Source of the DNA: Acidimicrobiia bacterium | Lineage (GTDB): Bacteria > Actinomycetota > Acidimicrobiia > Acidimicrobiales > CAIXPF01 | Assembly: GCA_947476745.1 (NCBI GenBank) | Contig: CANJRG010000019.1 | Coordinates: 1,556-65,555 of the forward strand | Length of the DNA stretch: 64,000 nucleotides | Reading direction: 5' to 3' | Shown: positions 62,482 through 64,000 of the stretch, piece by piece | Position numbering within the stretch: the stretch's first letter is position 1 | Layout: each line of letters opens with the position of its first letter | Notes under the pieces: model-generated | Told to the model about the DNA's origin: nothing | The model's database searches: none | What the model saw: only the letters and a program-made list of their open reading frames with translations | Program-made: the position numbers and the translations under genes

Positions 62482-64000
62482 TTACTTGGCGAGCTGGTCG
62501 GCGGTGGACAGGGGCAGCGCCGGGTGTCGGTACCCGGGCGCCTTCTCGAAATGTTCCACCAGCCAGCCCCGTTTGCGGGCGAGGGCGGCGAGGCGGGTCT
62601 CGGGATTGACCGCCACCGGGAAGCCGACGGCCTCGAGCATGGGCAGGTCGCTGGTGGAATCGGCGTAGGCGACGCCCTCAGCCGGGTCGAATCCGTGGGC
62701 CGCGGCGTAATCGTACAGCGCCTGGGCCCGGCTCTCGCCGGTCGGCGGTGCTGCGGTCAGCTCGCCGGTGTAGGCACCGTTGCGGATGGTCATCTCGGCC
62801 GCCACCACGTCGTCGAACAGCGGACGCAACGGTTCGATCACGAAGTCGAGGGCCCCGGTGATCAGCACCGTGCGGTGGCCCTTGGCCCGGTGTTCGCGCA
62901 CCCGGCGAAGGGCGGCGGGGAAGGAACGGGACAGGATGAGCTCCGAGAGCATCTCCGCGCTGTCGGCCCGGATGACGTCGACCGGGGCGCCGTCGTAACG
63001 CCGGTAGAAGTAGCGCAGGAAGTCGCTGCGATCGGCCCGGTCGAGCCGCAGCAGGGTGGGGCCCTCGGCCAGGGTCTTGGCCACGAAACGCAGCCGGTCG
63101 CGGCCTTCGAGGTGGCGGGAGGCCAGCCAGGCGTAGGAGGCCACCACGTTGGAGGAGATCAGGGTGTTCTCGAGGTCGAATGCCGCGAACTGCCGTTCGG
63201 GGGCCAGCACCTGGCGACGGAGCCGCTCGGTGCGGTTCTCGCCGCTGCGGCCACCGGGGGTGGTGCGGACCCGGGCGTTGCGCACCACCGACGGCAGGTG
63301 GACATTGCGCACGTAGTCGTCCCAGGCGATGACCCGGGGGTCGAACCCGAACTGCTCGTGGTCGTGCTCGTCGAGCAGGTCCTGTAGGGCCAGCAGCCGG
63401 TCGATGCCGTAGATGGCCTCGCACTCGGCGTACTTGCCGTACAACTCGACATAGCCGAGCGCCCGCTCGGCCATCTCCCGCTTCTCCTCGAGGTTGGCGG
63501 CGAACTCGGCCTGGCGGCCGCGTAGCGGCAGCGAGTTGAGGCCCTTCTCGGCCTTGGTGACCAGGTTCAGGCTGCGTCGCAGTTGGCCCTCGACCCGGCC
63601 GCGTCCGGGGAAGCTCCATTGGGGGACCTTGATGGGCTGGCCCAGGCTGTCGTAGAGCGGGTGCTCGGAGAACCAGCCCGACACCAGGTCGACGAGGCGG
63701 CGGTAGCGCAGCGGGTTGGCCGAGCCGGAGGCGACCTGGAACACCGGCGGGGCGACCGTCGGGTCGAGCCGGGGGTTGGCGGCCTCAGCGGCGGCCACCG
63801 CGATGATGCCGCCCACCACCAGATCGACCGGGATGACGTCGACGACGCCTTCGGGCACGCCGGGGAAGTCGCGCAGCAGGCCGCGGGCGTAGGAGATGAT
63901 GACGGGCTCGGCCATGCGGAAACCGCGGATCCAGCCGGGACTCGGTTCGGCCAGGGCCGATTCGATGATCGACGGCCGCACGATCGAGGTCGGCACCGCC
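62482..64000 (-). CDS. Fatty acyl-CoA reductase-like (NAD_binding_4) domain fused to a C-terminal HAD-IB hydrolase domain; 5' end lies outside the window
   Basis: The reductase part has RPSIIESALAEPSPGWIRGF. The HAD motif I-like is FAAFDLENTL and the HAD C-terminus is AYADSTSDLPMLE. The ORF is open to the window edge. Confidence 0.7.
   Translation of the reverse strand, partial: AVPTSIVRPSIIESALAEPSPGWIRGFRMAEPVIISYARGLLRDFPGVPEGVVDVIPVDLVVGGIIAVAAAEAANPRLDPTVAPPVFQVASGSANPLRYRRLVDLVSGWFSEHPLYDSLGQPIKVPQWSFPGRGRVEGQLRRSLNLVTKAEKGLNSLPLRGRQAEFAANLEEKREMAERALGYVELYGKYAECEAIYGIDRLLALQDLLDEHDHEQFGFDPRVIAWDDYVRNVHLPSVVRNARVRTTPGGRSGENRTERLRRQVLAPERQFAAFDLENTLISSNVVASYAWLASRHLEGRDRLRFVAKTLAEGPTLLRLDRADRSDFLRYFYRRYDGAPVDVIRADSAEMLSELILSRSFPAALRRVREHRAKGHRTVLITGALDFVIEPLRPLFDDVVAAEMTIRNGAYTGELTAAPPTGESRAQALYDYAAAHGFDPAEGVAYADSTSDLPMLEAVGFPVAVNPETRLAALARKRGWLVEHFEKAPGYRHPALPLSTADQLAK

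Overview
This is a very GC-rich, actinobacterial-type chromosomal segment. I saw no rRNA, tRNA, CRISPR array, transposase or integrase. All calls come from reading the supplied ORF translations and the raw sequence; no searches or computations were run. Many very long ORFs lie antisense to real genes and are treated as GC-driven shadow ORFs.

Gene content, left to right:
- 1-26.7 kb: a tightly packed plus-strand Wzx/Wzy-type exopolysaccharide island. It holds a flippase, three GT2 and two GT4 glycosyltransferases, a Wzy/O-antigen-ligase-like membrane protein and two sulfotransferases, each translationally coupled to a paralogous GT2. It also holds two paralogous secreted GH26-like hydrolases (one with tandem-95/cadherin-like repeats), a GDP-mannose 3,5-epimerase, a 2769-aa secreted lectin-domain giant protein, and a Wzz/BY-kinase-like protein with a degenerate Walker A.
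- 27-36 kb: a cysteine-free Rrf2 regulator, a TauE/SafE exporter and a CoA-dependent catabolic cluster. The cluster has two crotonases, an acyl-CoA dehydrogenase, a DszA/NtaA-type flavin monooxygenase and a tandem-fused double family-III CoA-transferase.
- 36-40 kb: an MFS transporter, a MerR regulator and an orphan fused LivH-LivM permease.
- 40-44.5 kb: a minus-strand urease operon carrying three lesions. These are a UreB-UreC in-frame fusion, a +1 frameshift in a G7 run inside ureC, and an internally deleted ureF. UreG carries an (HD)7H tract and no ureE is present.
- 44.7-48.4 kb: a ZnuABC/TroABC-like metal importer with a Fur-family-like palindrome at its start, followed by YcnI.
- 48.5-64 kb: a CoA-transferase, glgA, a RuBisCO-like protein plus cupin pair, Qor, a dienelactone hydrolase, citrate synthase, an acyl-CoA carboxyltransferase, a LysR regulator, and a lipid operon (FAR-HAD fusion, LarA-like protein, PlsC, MauE-like protein).

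The most interesting non-coding signals:
- a promoter-plus-terminator-bounded candidate sRNA with three C-rich hairpin loops (6C-like), divergent from the LysR gene
- a (G3-4 N2)7 G-quadruplex motif
- several perfect short tandem repeats in divergent promoter regions
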